From positions 975,898-1,039,897 of the forward strand of contig NMRA01000092.1 in NCBI GenBank assembly GCA_002633005.1: a DNA stretch of 64,000 nt, in the 5' to 3' direction. The position numbers and the translations under genes are program-made. The notes under the pieces are model-generated. The model was given only the letters and a program-made list of their open reading frames with translations. It made no database searches and was not told where the DNA came from. Source of the stretch: Phoronis australis (taxonomy: Eukaryota > Animalia > Phoronida). Shown piece after piece: positions 12,557 to 26,486 of the stretch (position 1 is the first letter of the stretch; each line of letters opens with the position of its first letter).

Positions 12557-15500
12557 CTGGAAGCAACAACAAAACCCATGGATACAAAATTGAAACTTCA
12601 GCAGTTTCCACAATAAGACTCATTGTTCCTAAGAAATCTTTAGACAGCATGGGCAAAAGCAACTAAAGGAGTTATAAAACAGACTACAGGTGGAGCTTCT
12701 AATAACCTAAGTAAATATAAACTACTGCAGCGTACAAGAGCAATGATGACACAAATTCATGGTAAGCTTTTAATCGAAAGTCAATTGAATCAATTCTGCT
12801 CTGTGCAACAAAATTTACAATTAGCGATTAATAAGAGATCAAAAGTTATTAACCTCATAAAGACAACGGAATGGCAAACAATTAGTTGACAACCTACTGT
12901 AGAGTTCAGTAAACTATTATAACCACACGTGAGCAAGGCTACAATTGTTAAAAAGACAAGATAAATTCTTTCAACGTTAGTCGCTTAACAATCTCGTCTA
13001 GTATCCTAAACGCAATATCCACCCTTCTACTTTACAACTGCTGACGACGCCAGAATGTAAGGAAACGACAACTTACGTTGTAGCCATAGACAAAACCATT
13101 TGGAAGCATCATAGGAGGGTTGTTCTCATTGAGAGGATGTCCAGATATATAGCAGATGAGCCGTGATTGGGCACAGTGTGAGTAAGGGAGGGGCTTGGCC
13201 AGCTCGTTGAAGTGTGAACACACAGGGCAATTCTTGTTTTTTGCCTCAGTGTCATCCTTATAACAATGTCTGGTGTGTGTGTGTTAAAGAATGGTGATAA
13301 TTTACTACGCAAACCAACACTATCATGTACCATCTTTATACTCATAATGCACTGAACATGTAGTTTTAACTCTTTCACTGGCAAGAGCACCTTTCGGCAA
13401 CTTACACATTCACTGCAAAACATTTCATGGGAGATAACTACAGTTCAGCAACATTATCAAATGACAGGACAAGAGTTTTACCAAATCCCAAATAAGTCAA
13501 ATTTTCGAATTTTTCCGTTTTTGAAAAAATTTCTGTTGATTGCTCACCTCCAAAATGTCCAACGTCGCTATTTTTTTACTCAAATTCAAAATGATTCTGG
13601 TTAAGGATACGAGTTTGAAATGTCAGACGTGAGTCAAGGCTTGTGGGGGAGTGTATTTCAACAAAAAACACTTCAATGACTGTTGATGTGCATTTCTTCA
13701 CGAGAAATCTCATACTTCACCTGGCAAAAACCTGCTTCCAGGCATGAGGTTACAATTTTACGGTATCATAAAACTACTTATTTGCATTATTAACCTGAAA
13801 GTGGCGGACAAGTGAAATTGCATTTTTTTCAATACTGTTCAACAAAAATTACTTTTCATGAAAATTTACTTTGCTTTTAGCATGGTCTATATGGTGTGGC
13901 TACAACTAAACAACATTTGGTTAATATTTTTAGCATTTGAAACAATGTAGCAAGACTCTGAAAAATAGAAATATGGCAATTTTAGCAATAATTATGTTTG
14001 TCTTAAATTGAAGAATTTTTACCATATCTTCAAAATTTAATTGGCACTGGGAAGTGCAGATCTAAAAAACCTGACTGTGGAACAGTTAAGCAAACTTAAA
14101 TACAGACAAGCTGATTTTTTTCATCACAATGGAAACAAAAGCAATAGCCAGCAATAATCAGTTGACCGAGGCGTGGATTTCGAGAATGACTATTTGATTG
14201 CAACCGAGACATTTAAGGTTGGTGGGAAAAAAACAGTGATCACATGGGACAATGTTGGGCTGTTCTGACTTGCAGTTCAGTCTTGTTGCTGGGATTCAAC
14301 TCACCAAGAGTTGCCCATAACAGGTGTTAAGGGTACCTAGGACCCTAGACAAAATGTCCAAATTTCGCCATATTTACAACATCACATCTCAGAAATGGCT
14401 GACCAGATTCATATGAAACTCTCACATACTCTGCTTTATTCAACATTCTCCAATACGCTATCAGGAATTGTTTTCGAAATGACATTTTTGCTTGAGGGCT
14501 ATCATCGTAGGACTTATATGATTTTCATGAAAAAAAATCAATACAAAATGACAAGAGATTTCATCTCGAACATGAATATATCAAAAGAAATCTGGTCACG
14601 TTGTTGACACCGTTGTTTTGCTATCGATGTACCTTTAGCTGTTGGCTAAATTTCCCCCAAAATACATGGTCACACGACCCAATTAGCAAGAATTATAAAA
14701 AGTAAAACAATCAAATTCTACAGGCTTTCCACATTTGAAAATAATATACGCTCTTATAATTAGTTTAAATTTATACTTTTGTCGATATTTGGCTAAAGAC
14801 ACAGACAAGCCATTAAGGTCCCACATAACCTTAAAGATGTATTTGCACGCTCCTAACTATGCTAATGTCTAACAGGAACTAAACGACAATGCTATTTGAA
14901 CATCATCTATGCTAAACAAAGTGCAGTTGTATTCGTTGACAATTTGTAAATGTAAAAATAAAAAATTCTGCAAATAGGTGACCTTTGAACTAATGATGTA
15001 CCTTGGGGCTCACATAACCTGCATCATGCAGTGTTATTCCCCAACATTGGATACGGTTTAGTGATTTATGGCGGACCACTTTTGACACAAAACTCGTTCG
15101 TGAAAACATTTGGCAATTTTCAACCTACTTCATATTCACATTGTCGCTACATGTTGCGATTTTTACTAATTTGACCAAGCAATCGCAGAGATAAGGAATT
15201 TGTGGGCAAGTTCCACTTTAAGCAGAGTTGAATTACTCCTCCATGCTGAACATGACATACTTAAACAAAGGATACGGTGTTTTAAGTGCCGACAGACCAG
15301 CTTGTAATGTAACTACAAAGATAGAGTCACTGCTCAACTGATGTAGTTTAAAGTTCTCGTATCTGAACTGTTCCACCAGCATTTGCCAGCGATCTGCAGA
15401 CAAGAGTTCCTGTAAGAGACAACAGAGGGCATGTGGTAATACAACTATAGATGAGGAAGATGAACATTTTTTTTAAACACAGAACACTAAAACCAAAATG

Positions 15501-18500
15501 GCGTTTGAACATGAAGGAAGCCTGATGACAATTCAAACAGCAGCCTCGTAAAGCATATCAAGGGCAAGTATTTTTAAATGCAAGTTTTAAAATGCAAACT
15601 TTTCCCCTGTTTGCTAATTATTAAAACAAGGTCTCAAACACATTTTAAGGGACAGATTTGCCTGGCCAGGCAAAGTACACGTCAACCACTTTGTATTTAA
15701 TAAATATGAAGAAGTGGAAAAGTATGACATAAAGTATGAACATAATTCTTCACCTATAAACACAACTAATGGACCTAAATTTGGTACACGAATTCACAAA
15801 CACGGTTGCCACGTTTGTGAGTAAATAAACTGAGTTTGCCTGGACTGTGGGTCACGTTTATTGGGAAAGAAAAGCACTCAGTAAGTCAGTGCAGCAGCCA
15901 TATTGTTTCCAACCACTGACTATGATGTTGTTAATATCTCAGGGACCTCTTTGTCTCCCCCCAAGGGAACCCACCATGTCCCAAAAGTGTATTGGAACCA
16001 AGTTCAGAAAATTACTACATAGGGGGTGTATGGTGCACTATTTGGCTTTTCCATGAAACTTTGTGAAACACATGTAGTAACATACTTGATAATCAGATAC
16101 AGTTGTGTCTGAACAGCAAGCCAGCAGTCCCATCACCTTTTGAACTCTCAGCAGATGGCTGTCATCGGAGGTGGAGAAATGCTTGCGTGCGTGTCTGAAA
16201 ACAAGAGCCACGCCATTTTAACTTCATCATGACCAAACAAAACATGGATAGGAATTAACTATTAAACACCACGTGGCATAGAATCGATCTTCACAAAGGA
16301 CTGATTCCCACATTAATTCTAGTTGTGAATCCCAGATTGGAGTGCCATAACACAAGCATACCTAACCTTATACAGTACAAGCCAAAAGTATTCAGACAAA
16401 ATGACTGCAATTCATCCTTTTCTCTCATATCGAGAATGATCTGTAACTAAGAGGAAAGTAAGAAAGTGGCTAAGCCATTCTGCCCTAATAGTTAATAGAC
16501 TAATTTTGACTGTCAACAGAATTAACCCTCATGACGGGGAAAATGACAGCTTGTTTGACTACTTTGTACACGTTAGTTGTACACCTCAGCAGTCATTTCG
16601 CTTGGACATGGTAAGAAGAAAGGCCTTGCCAGAAATAAAATACACTAGTTTTCACAATAAACTGAGCAACGTCGAAATTTGACTGAGGTTCACTGCACAA
16701 ACTGCGACTTTTCTACTTGAGCATGTTTCAATTCAGGCTAAATGTCCACAGGTGTTGCTCCACGCACTTTGTCGAAATAGTGACAACTTGGTGAGACCCA
16801 ATAACGTCATGTTAAACTCTGACCAATGTATGACAAATGTGAAATTTTATTGTCCAGGCAAATCTTTGAGTAAAACAGCCAAACAATTCTGGCAGAAGTT
16901 TGGCAGAGTCTGACAGTTTTGTCAAAGTTTGTCAAGTCTATTTTGAAACCCAGAGCCCTTCAGAGTCAAAGCAAAGGCTGACATTAAGCAGACAGTACCG
17001 TATTGCCTCAATCCTCTGGTTGTTGCGAATTAGCTCAATAAATTCCTGTTCTCGCAGACTAAACTCCAGCGTACTCTGCAATAACAAAAATAGAACAATA
17101 TTTAAAACCAAACCCAAAGATTTTAAGTCGACAACCTCAAACTTTGATGCATCATGCAACATTAATGTAAAATATGACATGCATCTTTCAGTTTAACCTA
17201 AAATGTGTCCAACTGTAACAATGTATGCCACTTTTGATAGTAAAGTCTGCTTCATATGTTCTAAAAAGTGAACTAATGAGAGACTTTTGGGAAGCCATGA
17301 CAACTGTTGTGAGAATGATGATTTCAACACGGTTTTCTAGGTGGCCAGGTACAACTTCACTATACTCACGCAAAACAAATGGAAAGTATTCGCAACGACA
17401 AAAGTTAGTGCTGATACTTATCACTGCGAAGTGGACTTTTAGACAGTGCAGTGCAACAGTTTGAGCTACAAACTTCTGTTGGGGAGACAAGAGTTCAAAT
17501 ATGGCTACACTTGCAGACCAATGAACGTTGAGCAAAACCACCACCTACTCATCTTTGCTTACCAGTGGATAAGTACAAAAGACTGAATGGTGTGACAACA
17601 CTCTTAATATTTTCATACACGACTGGGAAAGTTGGAATGACAACTGGAGAGCATTCTGTAGAGCTAGTTCCCTGTGTAAAAAGTAAGATCTCACAAGACC
17701 TAGCAAAATCACACGAGTAAAAAGCGAGCATTTCCCGAGGATGCTCAGAAGCTTTACTAGCTTAAGCTAACTAAATACCAGCCACTGACTGACTGGATGG
17801 TGTTGAATTATGGGATAGAATTAATGAATTGAGAGATTAAATTCACTGTTTCCATTCCATAAGCAATCATTTCTTGCTGTGGCTGCAGACTAATGTCTTG
17901 GAAGTTAACAGAACTCTGCCTTGAAGTCTGCTCAACATAACAGACATAACTGGTTCACAAACAACAGCCATTCAAAGCGACACACACACATACACAGACA
18001 GACCTACCTTGAGCCTCCTAAGTTTTGATTTGTTGTCAGCACACCAGGCTAGGCAGGGGGCCGTCTCACCATTGGCTAGTGACTCCTCCACTTGTTTGGA
18101 GACCAAGAACAGATCTATGTTGGTGAGGTCCTTAGATGGGAAAACAGAGACACAGTGAACACTACGACTATATGTAAGAATGATTCAGCATAGAAATGTT
18201 CTGGTTATAGCAGTCCAACCAGACTGCCACTAGATGTCACTGCAATTTTGATGGGAAGTCGTTTACATTTAGGTATTAACTAAAAATATTGCCCATCTTC
18301 AGTGAGGACATGACTTGTGTACTTACAGACAAGAAAAATAATAAATGGCACAACTTCCCCATCAATATTCAAAAGTATGCCTATCTTCATTAAATGCACA
18401 AGTTAACGTTGCCCAGTGTGAGAGGTAATGTTTCATTGTAATGGCAAGACCAGTGGACCGTAACCAATACCAATGCTATATACAATCCAACACAGTACTA

Positions 18501-21500
18501 ACTGTGATATCCGAATGCTGGGCCAACTTGAGCGCTGTCTGGTAATACCCACAACGCAAGAAGTACTCAACCAGCATGCGGTCTAGTCGCTTCTTTTTCC
18601 ACGTGGTTGCCACGGACGATGAGAACTTCTCGTATTCCTTCAAGTGCGCCAGGCGTCGTTTACAAAGACGAGCTGTGTCCAGTTCATCACTGACATTTTC
18701 ATCAGCCTGTGAGCGGGAAAAGATATGGATGAATGTACACAAATAAAAAATTGCCCGTGTATCTTCACAGCACTTACACTAGCTAAGAGCTGAAGGTCCA
18801 CCAGAGAGCTTTTCATCACTCGGTGAATTTATTTATTTATTTATTATTGTGATATTTAAAATGAGGGTGGCCTCTTCAGTGATAGCACTGCTTTCCAAGA
18901 GGGCTGAAATGGATATAAACCAAAAGAAAGGAAGGAACATTCTTGTTCAGTGGGTTAGTACTAACCAAATCAAATTCCCTCGACACCTTTAGAAAACTGC
19001 AAACGGTCTTACCGGTTACATTTTGCTTCTTTTTACCTTCCTCTTACAGCAACGAATCAAATCGTCTGCCATCTTCTACTGTTAGTTTTTGACCTAATGA
19101 CGTCATGTAGTGAACCCAATGCCAGCCAATGAGCCCAGTGAATGCTTTAGTTCAAGAGTTCACCAACAGGTTAAAAAATGCAAATGGCGCAGTGACAAGT
19201 GAAAAGTAAAAAGTCGAATCTTCGAGTGAAAAGGTTCTTTCGAAGGGCTTGATTTAAGTGCACTTTTATATTTGCTGCATTATTTCTTAAGATAAATGTG
19301 TTCACGTGATCGCAATTTCAACGCATGCAGGTTGTTTGACGTGTAAATCGAGTGTGATGTGTATGGCAATTGATTCCACTCTCACTGTGGAGACTTCCAA
19401 CCCTATTTAAGGGTTGGTTTACTGACTACACTTATACCAGTGAGCATGAGACACTGACATCACAAACACTCTCAACATTCACAAGACTTATTTCTATCTG
19501 CGAAACCAGTTTTGTTCCATTACAGGTATACAGTTATAGCAACCATAGTAACCATCTCGCCCGTACTGCATAATGTTAGGGTGGGTATACGGTTTGCACA
19601 TTACCTAGACGACCGTCAATGCATCTTCAGCCTGATTCAACAAGAACACGGAGGGAAAATCACCAGAGCCAAAATGTTGAGCACACTTGTGTTAGATATG
19701 TTGAGAGTGATAGTGTGTGCCTTTAAGAGACATTGATAATTAAATTTGATATCCCATGTCTGAACCACCAAGACACGGGATAAGAACAAATAACTGAAAT
19801 TTTATGCTTAGTCTCATGTGTCTGTATTTTGCAGAATCTGCAAGTTCGTAGTTTTTCGCAGTGGGCTGTTTTCCTGCCTGTTGTTTAAGATTTCTCTCCT
19901 CTGACGAATGTTCAGACGGAAGATCCAGGATTAAATGTATATATGTCTATTAGTATTGATGTATATATGTTTTCTGTGTTTTCACAATCAATGTCACACA
20001 GCTGTAATCAGGGCTTGGAATGACCAATGACAAAAAACGCGGAAACTTTTACGGCCCAAAACATGCGCGCTACCCAGCCTTGAAATAGTCGATGTGAACC
20101 AAAAAAAAAAACGTTACCACCATCAGTAGCATGTGTCTGCATCTTTTTATCTCGTCCATCCACTCCTCCACTCCCACCCCCACACATTTTTGGCTGCAGA
20201 GCCGTAGTATTTGTCACCGCGGTTTACAATCACACGAGACGCCATTGAAAATCCCACCACGCTATCCCAGATGCCCCGGCAATGTTGACAATTTACGTTC
20301 CTCCAAAACATAAAGAGCAACTTTCACTCGCCGCGATAAGAAAGGAATTTGCCGCGGAAATTTTACATCAAATCCGATTTTTTTTACGCGGAAATATAAT
20401 AAAATGCGAGGACAGAACATTTGAAAAAAGCGGAAATCCGCGTTTCCGCAGAAAATTCCAAGCCCTGGCTGTTGTATTGTTTAAATATACAAAAACATGC
20501 GACTTTCAAAGTGTTTGACAAGAGAAGGAATTGGAATGGCCATATCAGGATTTATAAAAATGAAAACGATATTAACATTAAGAAACATATCAATCACTCT
20601 CAGACTGCGACTCACAACTTGCTACATATATTCGATCCTTATGTACGGATGTGAGACATGGACTCTTAATAAATCATTGGAAAGAAAGATCGACACGTTT
20701 GAAATGTGGATATTCAGAAGGATCGGAAGAATAAGCTGGACGCAGAAAACGACAAATGAAGACGTGCGCAAACAACTAGGTGTCAAACCATCTCTTTTGT
20801 CCACCATCCAAAATCGTAAATTGAACTTTTTTGGGCACACGGCAAGACACGACAACACAGAGAAAGACATACTATACTGTCATCAGGAAGTGAAAAGAGC
20901 AAGAGGACGACAACGATTAATGTGGAGAGATGATATCAAGACATGGACAAGATCAACGATGACAGAATGCACCAGACTGGCAAACAACAGAGAGAGATGG
21001 AGGTCCATTTCATGTCGACCTCAAAGGAGATGACACCCGATGATGATGATAGAGCTCTGAGAAGGCTCAAATCCACAGAAACTATTGCAGTGTTGAATAC
21101 CACTTATTTATACGAAAATTTGCTGCCAACATAAAAATTACAGCACGGTAGATTTCAGACATTTAAAGCCATATTAAACCCATGCTTTGTGTCAAACACC
21201 AAGTTTTGATTTAGGTAACTTAATACTACAAATTTGGTATAGTCTCCGTCCTTACTCAGCTGAAGAGTGATGTGTGAGCACAAGAAGGACTGTTTGTTAT
21301 GTCTTCAGAAATAATGAAGTCAGTTCTTTTGAAGCCATAAAATCACCCCCAGCTTGACTACGAAAATATTGCGGACCAATGGTAAGTGGTCTAAATCAAA
21401 ACTTGAAATAAGATACAACAACGGCAGTAATAGCCATGAACTCTGAGCAAAATCATTGACAACCATGACTTGCTTGTGTTATCACATACCTTGCGTTTGA

Positions 21501-24500
21501 GAACAGATAATTTCTCAACAACATTATCCAACCAGGAAGTGACTTGACTGACATCTGTTGAGCTTTTCAAACAATTTTCCAGTTCACTAGCTGCCTTGCA
21601 CACATTTGTCACCTCACGGTCAATGTTTCTCTGAGCAGTTCTAAACTTCTTGTTGAGGATTTCATATGGAACCTAAAAAGAAGCATTTAATACAAACACA
21701 TCAAGCCTGATCAGTGTAAAGCTCACTAACATTATGTGACCTACATGTAGACAGGTACTACTGTTCAGTTGACTGCTGAAGACGCAAGTCTCTGGAACCA
21801 GGGGTCATGGGTTTGATTCCAGAGTAGGACCTTTCAGGTCTGCAAGTTTATGGGTCACCTAGGACCTTTTAGTTCACCCAAATGCTATAGTTATTACAAT
21901 TTCTTGAAAACCAATCAAAACTACATTGACCCGTTATTACATTTAAAGTACCCACCGTCAAAAGAAAAAGTATAGAGTAAAACGCCAATCAGGCAGCTGC
22001 CTGAGACTTTAACATGGCCAACACCAAGGGAAGGCAGCACGGGTGACCTGTCAACACACTTGCAAGACAATGATGTTGTTGAACACACCTGAACTTGAAT
22101 TAACCATTCAACACCACACCACTACGTCAAGTGACCAACAAGTAGACCTACTAATGAATTTTTGACGCCCTGCAATCTCCTAACACTTGAAAATTTGAAA
22201 CCAATTTCATAATAGTGAGTGGAATAAATCAAAAGTCGGAAGTTTAATGTTCCCATGGCTACCAGTTATGTGATTGGTTGGATAGGTTGAATTATGAATT
22301 ATGGGCTAGAATTAACCGTTTCCATTCTATAAGTGAAGATTTCTCGCCACCTAGTGCTTTGCAAGTGTCTTGGGTCTATCAAACACAACCTTAGTAATGC
22401 TAATCCGACCATTCTGCATACATGCATGACTCAGGATCTACCTGCAGATAGCTAGAGTTTCGAAAGGTGCGCGATATAGTGGTTTTTAAACATTTTGTGT
22501 TTGGTAAGGCTTCATTATAGGTGGCTAAAATAATTGGGAAGCCAAACTTATTACTAGTAAACTCCAACAGTTTACATGATTTACTTTGAGGCCTTCTGTT
22601 TTGAAAAGGTGAAATATAGTTATATTTCAAATTCCTTCAAAGGGTTACGAATGGGGTTTGGTTCTTGAGTCAAAGTTAGGGTTTCATATTTAGTTTTGTG
22701 CTCAAGATCCAAACTTTAGTAAAGCTCCACTATTTCTGAAGTATGAAAGTATGTGACAAAATTGAAGTCAATAGTGCAAGGTGGGTGTGGTTATAACGTA
22801 TTTTCATGTATCTCCAATTAAATATGTTTTCTTACATAAATTGAACTGGTTTTGAATATGAGTACTTAAATGACTTGGAAAATACAATTTGATTTTAACT
22901 TAGACCAAGATAATTTAGACGTCTCAAATGCGGGATTACAGAACTTTAAGTGTCAGTCACTACATTTAGTTTAGACATTCCAGTTGTATTGATTTTGACG
23001 AGAAAAATACAATCTGTTCAAAATAACTGGCCATGCCTGGATTGAAATCGACGAATATAAGTCATGTTCCATAATTCTCAAGCTGTCAATTATGAGAAAT
23101 GCCGTTTACTTGTGACAAATAGGAGTCACTTCATCAAAAGAGGCTGCAAAATTGAGTTTTTATATGCGTGTTCAGCATTACCATTTTTCTCAACTGCCAC
23201 TGAAATGCCCTGGAGGCGCATGTTACATTTGCAAACCAAATCCGTGCTACCCAACTGTCCTGTAAGGGTTTTGTAGGTCTACAGTTCTATGGTACATCCT
23301 TTTGCGCTTTTGAGTTCAAAGAATTTGTTGCAAGCCTAGTTGCCAACGTGAAAGTTGAATCAATCCTATCTAACTGGCACGTGCCATCATATGCAACGTG
23401 AAAAAAAAGAAAATACTCATTGAAAAAATACCCACAACTTTGAACTGCTAAATGATTGTCATCAAAGTTATTAAAGACACAAAAATAGATAACTCTGAGT
23501 GCAAACTCCTTACATTTGTTAGCTCTCCAAAATTTGCAACTGTAATGACTGAAAAATACCCTGTCGCAAAACAATTACGCAAAACGTTTCCCTAGCCGAA
23601 TGACGTATTGATCCATGGAAACAATTCAGTGCAAACTTCACAACAAAAAAAATGTGTGGCTTATGCTGTTTACGTTTACAGTAATTAATTTTCCATGAAA
23701 TGAAAAGCTTCAAAATAATCCAAGTTTCGCTTCCATTATTGGGGGATTCAAGTTTGCTCCCTTAGCACGGAACACATGCCATATGTGGGGAAAATAGGAC
23801 AGCCTCAAAACGACATGTGACCCTGTCATGCATGTCACTAGTCTTACTTCTCCTTTTGAAGCATAAAACAAAGCCAGGATTAGGCTTAAACATTGAGAGA
23901 AAATTGGTTCTTTTGAAAAGTGAATTTGTTGTTGAATAGAATGAGAGTGTGATTCATTATAGACTGACAATTTCAAATCACGCTGTCGCTTAAAGAACAC
24001 GATGTCCGCGGCAACGACTGCAAACATAATATGCTGTCACTCGAAACTGATCTAGTTCCCGCACTTCAAACGCACCTTAGTTTTGAAAATCAATTTCAGA
24101 TAGGTAAATTACGGGTGGGCGCTAGCCTGAGCTGTGGGCACTTAATTGAAAATTGTCGTAAGTTAAGGAGAACACTTAATACAGCACTGGGCCCATCTTC
24201 CAAAAAATTTCAAAGGCAGGGAAGAGGCACATACGTGAGTCGAATGGTTGTGGTAATAAGAAATCAAAATACTGCAATAACAAGAAATGTTATAATACAG
24301 CATTTTTGTGCAACAAACTACACCTACGCACGACTGTGTGGTGTTGTTACCACCTACCCTTTATAGCCGACCGGAATACAGGTATCTTTTTTTTCTAATT
24401 GGCTTATTTCAGCCAGAACAATATTCTTTCCAATTGATTAAAAAATCCGTGACGTTGTCAACTGATGTCTCGGGGAGTAAAAAATTGACAGGGTGTGTAC

Positions 24501-26486
24501 GAAGAGAAGAATGAAAAGATTGCTCACAACTTCGTGTCTACTCGTCTTTTGCGATAAAAATAAGAGACGCATGTTGAAACAGGCTGTTACTTGACATCTA
24601 CAAATCATGATCATCTGCTGGGACCTTGACCTTGCACGCAAACAACATGATCGACCAGTGTCGCAGTGCGATGTTATCAGGGATATTGTAATTGGATAAT
24701 CAGGACATCTTACTTGAAAAATTAATATGTTTTTCCACCACAAAGTCTGTTACCGTAAGTTGATCGTTTAAGAATTATTGGAGACATCCCCGTTTCGTGA
24801 CGTTTTATCACGTGTTCTGCCATGGTCCGGAACTTTCTTCTGCGAATCCAAAAATTTGCAAAAGTAGCCAAAAATACTTTTCCATGAAACGCGTTAAAGA
24901 TCGATTCTGCACTGTCATGTTCACACGATATGTTTACAAATACAAGTGGTTGATACTGCTGTTCCGTGTTGTTCTTTTGAACTTGATTTGGCAACAGCCA
25001 AAATAATGGTCAGATCCACACGAGTTGCTTTATATTTACCTGGTATCTGCCGAGAAGTGTAAAAACTCAACTCGCATACATTGGAAATACCAGGTTGCTC
25101 ACTAATATGAGCTGGCCAAAATCTCAGCTCGCATTTTCAAATTTCAGATCATAAATGCAACACATAGCTCATTACGTTGAGCGCTGCTATAGTTTTTGAG
25201 TGACTGGAATTTGATCGGCCAGTGAAACCCAACTTATTCCTAGCAGGAAAGAACAAGACTAAATGGCTGCTCTAGAAGACAGAGATGTCAACCGAGAATG
25301 TCGTCAGCGCCAAAGTTCTCTCTTATGGATAATACATATTACGTTGAACTCAAAATTCTTTGAAGAACGAAAACTTTTGTGTTTTTATTTTGACTGCGCC
25401 GATGTGGGTAAAAAACTGACCAGACAAAATCTGATAAAAGTTACACTCTTTCTTTAGTACACTAAATTATTTAGTTGTTGGAAAAAACTGGCATTCTACC
25501 ACTACTCTGCCGCTAAAATTTTGGTACAATCTTTTGTGTCAGCTTTCGGGATCATAAAATATTGCGTTTTTTTTTCACCGATTCTTCAATCAACTGTTGT
25601 TCTTTCACGATGTTGCGTACGCGTTACAACAAGTTATCACAATTGGTTTCACTTCATTTTAAGGTTTTAGTATTTTAATACCAGCAAACCACATTTCAGA
25701 ACAAAATTTACTGCTGCGAAGCTGTCATCATCTCCCGAGAGATGTTGCAAAACTTTAGGAAATGGTGCGTGCGCATGTCATGACTCACGAGCATACTGTT
25801 TACAAAACGGTGACATATTTTCTTCGTTACAAAAGGCAAAGAATTACACAAAAATGACATTTATAAGGTTGTTTGACCCCCCGATTTTGCATGTGTTGTA
25901 ACAGTCAAAATCATTCGTCCTTGTGTGATAGTGTAATGACACCACCATAAATAGACCACCAAGCCCAGTAATTTTGCTTGGACCATGGTGGAAGCTGGTT
26001 GTTTAGGCTTTTGGTCATACAAATTGGCCGTACATTGATTGTAAGTACTCTCCGTGAGGCATAACAAGTGAACCTGTGCCGTAATAAAACACATGCACCC
26101 CCCCCCCCCCCCCCCNGTCTTTAGATCTACATGTTGATACTAGTTTCAACGTCGAGGTGACGAGCAGAAATACCTGGGATGTGTTCAATTTCGAAATCTG
26201 TCAGACTTCAAAACGCAGGGGTGCCTAGCTGTATTTTGACAAAAGTCTTCATACACATCATAGCTGGCTGGCTATCTCGGGCTCGGGCGGAACTGGAAGT
26301 GCGGGCCGTTATTTAGTGGATGAAACTGGTTCTCTAAATCATGGTCCATTATATCCGACTAGTGCTGAACTTCTTAAATTGTGTATAACTACAAATCATA
26401 GGGTTTTTGTGAAGTTTAAAAGAATACCCAAGTCAATAAATTACCTTTAATGTAGAGTGTTCTAAAACTTTTACGTCTGCCATCAT
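12455..26486 (-). CDS. MAEA: MAEA/EMP (Gid9 ortholog), LisH-CTLH-CRA-RING subunit of the CTLH E3 ligase; 9 exons, 388 aa
   Basis: join(complement 26445-26486, 21490-21672, 18503-18706, 18008-18130, 16999-17075, 16086-16194, 15276-15409, 13077-13269, 12455-12556). All introns GT-AG and phase-compatible. Motifs [99 protein letters not shown]. Confidence 0.97.
13077..13269 (-). CDS. MAEA: MAEA exon 8 (degenerate RING)
   Basis: HCYKDD...[51 protein letters not shown]. Confidence 0.96.
13270..15275 (-). other. MAEA: U12-type (minor spliceosome) GT-AG intron of MAEA
   Basis: 5' splice site GTATCCTTT; branch TTCTTTAAC at 13291-13283, 13 nt before the 3' splice site; no polypyrimidine tract. Confidence 0.93.
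14331..14830. mobile_element. Kolobok-like non-autonomous element inside the U12 intron
   Basis: TTAA on both flanks; imperfect TIR GGGTACCTAGGACC / GGTTATGTGGGACC (10/14). Confidence 0.45.
15276..15409 (-). CDS. MAEA: MAEA exon 7
   Basis: [25 protein letters not shown]...[10 protein letters not shown], followed by a U12-type donor. Confidence 0.95.
16086..16194 (-). CDS. MAEA: MAEA exon 6
   Basis: [26 protein letters not shown]...DYQ, 109 nt. Confidence 0.93.
16999..17075 (-). CDS. MAEA: MAEA exon 5
   Basis: [25 protein letters not shown], 77 nt. Confidence 0.95.
18008..18130 (-). CDS. MAEA: MAEA exon 4 (CTLH)
   Basis: [18 protein letters not shown]...[16 protein letters not shown], 123 nt. 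Confidence 0.95.
18503..18706 (-). CDS. MAEA: MAEA exon 3 (LisH region)
   Basis: ADENVSDE...[29 protein letters not shown], 204 nt. Confidence 0.95.
20009..20467. mobile_element. hAT-like MITE, copy 1 (TIR CAGGGCTTGGAA)
   Basis: Perfect 12-bp TIR; flanks gctgtaat / gctgttgt (possible decayed 8-bp TSD); closely similar to 39601-40099 in the opposite orientation. Confidence 0.85.
20497..21051 (+). mobile_element. 5'-truncated RTE-clade LINE (RT C-terminal region) with (GAT)n tail
   Basis: ORF 20497-21033: [55 protein letters not shown]; followed by gatgatgatgat. Confidence 0.9.
21490..21672 (-). CDS. MAEA: MAEA exon 2 ([11 protein letters not shown]...SVLKRK)
   Basis: ctttttag acceptor, gtatgt donor, 183 nt. 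Confidence 0.95.
21760..21890 (+). mobile_element. Decayed tRNA-derived SINE
   Basis: A-box-like tgttcagttg and B-box-like gggtttgattcc; similar remnants near 37200-37300 and 40150-40240. Confidence 0.4.
24400..25500 (-). mobile_element. Possible decayed hAT transposase remnant in MAEA intron 1
   Basis: Minus-strand NFGADD and [11 protein letters not shown] weakly resemble the hAT GFGxDG and CxAHRLEL motifs; frames broken. Confidence 0.3.
26445..26486 (-). CDS. MAEA: MAEA coding exon 1 ([14 protein letters not shown])
   Basis: ATG at 26486, donor AAG|gtaatt. Confidence 0.9.

Noticed and set aside
19890-19935. ctgacga as a hammerhead ribozyme core (Penelope-like)
   Set aside because: No following GAAA and no convincing stems.
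20008-20518. ORFs shared with 39580-40141
   Set aside because: The similarity comes from two copies of the same non-coding MITE.
21760-21890. tRNA gene
   Set aside because: Only degenerate A/B boxes and no cloverleaf; better explained as a SINE head.
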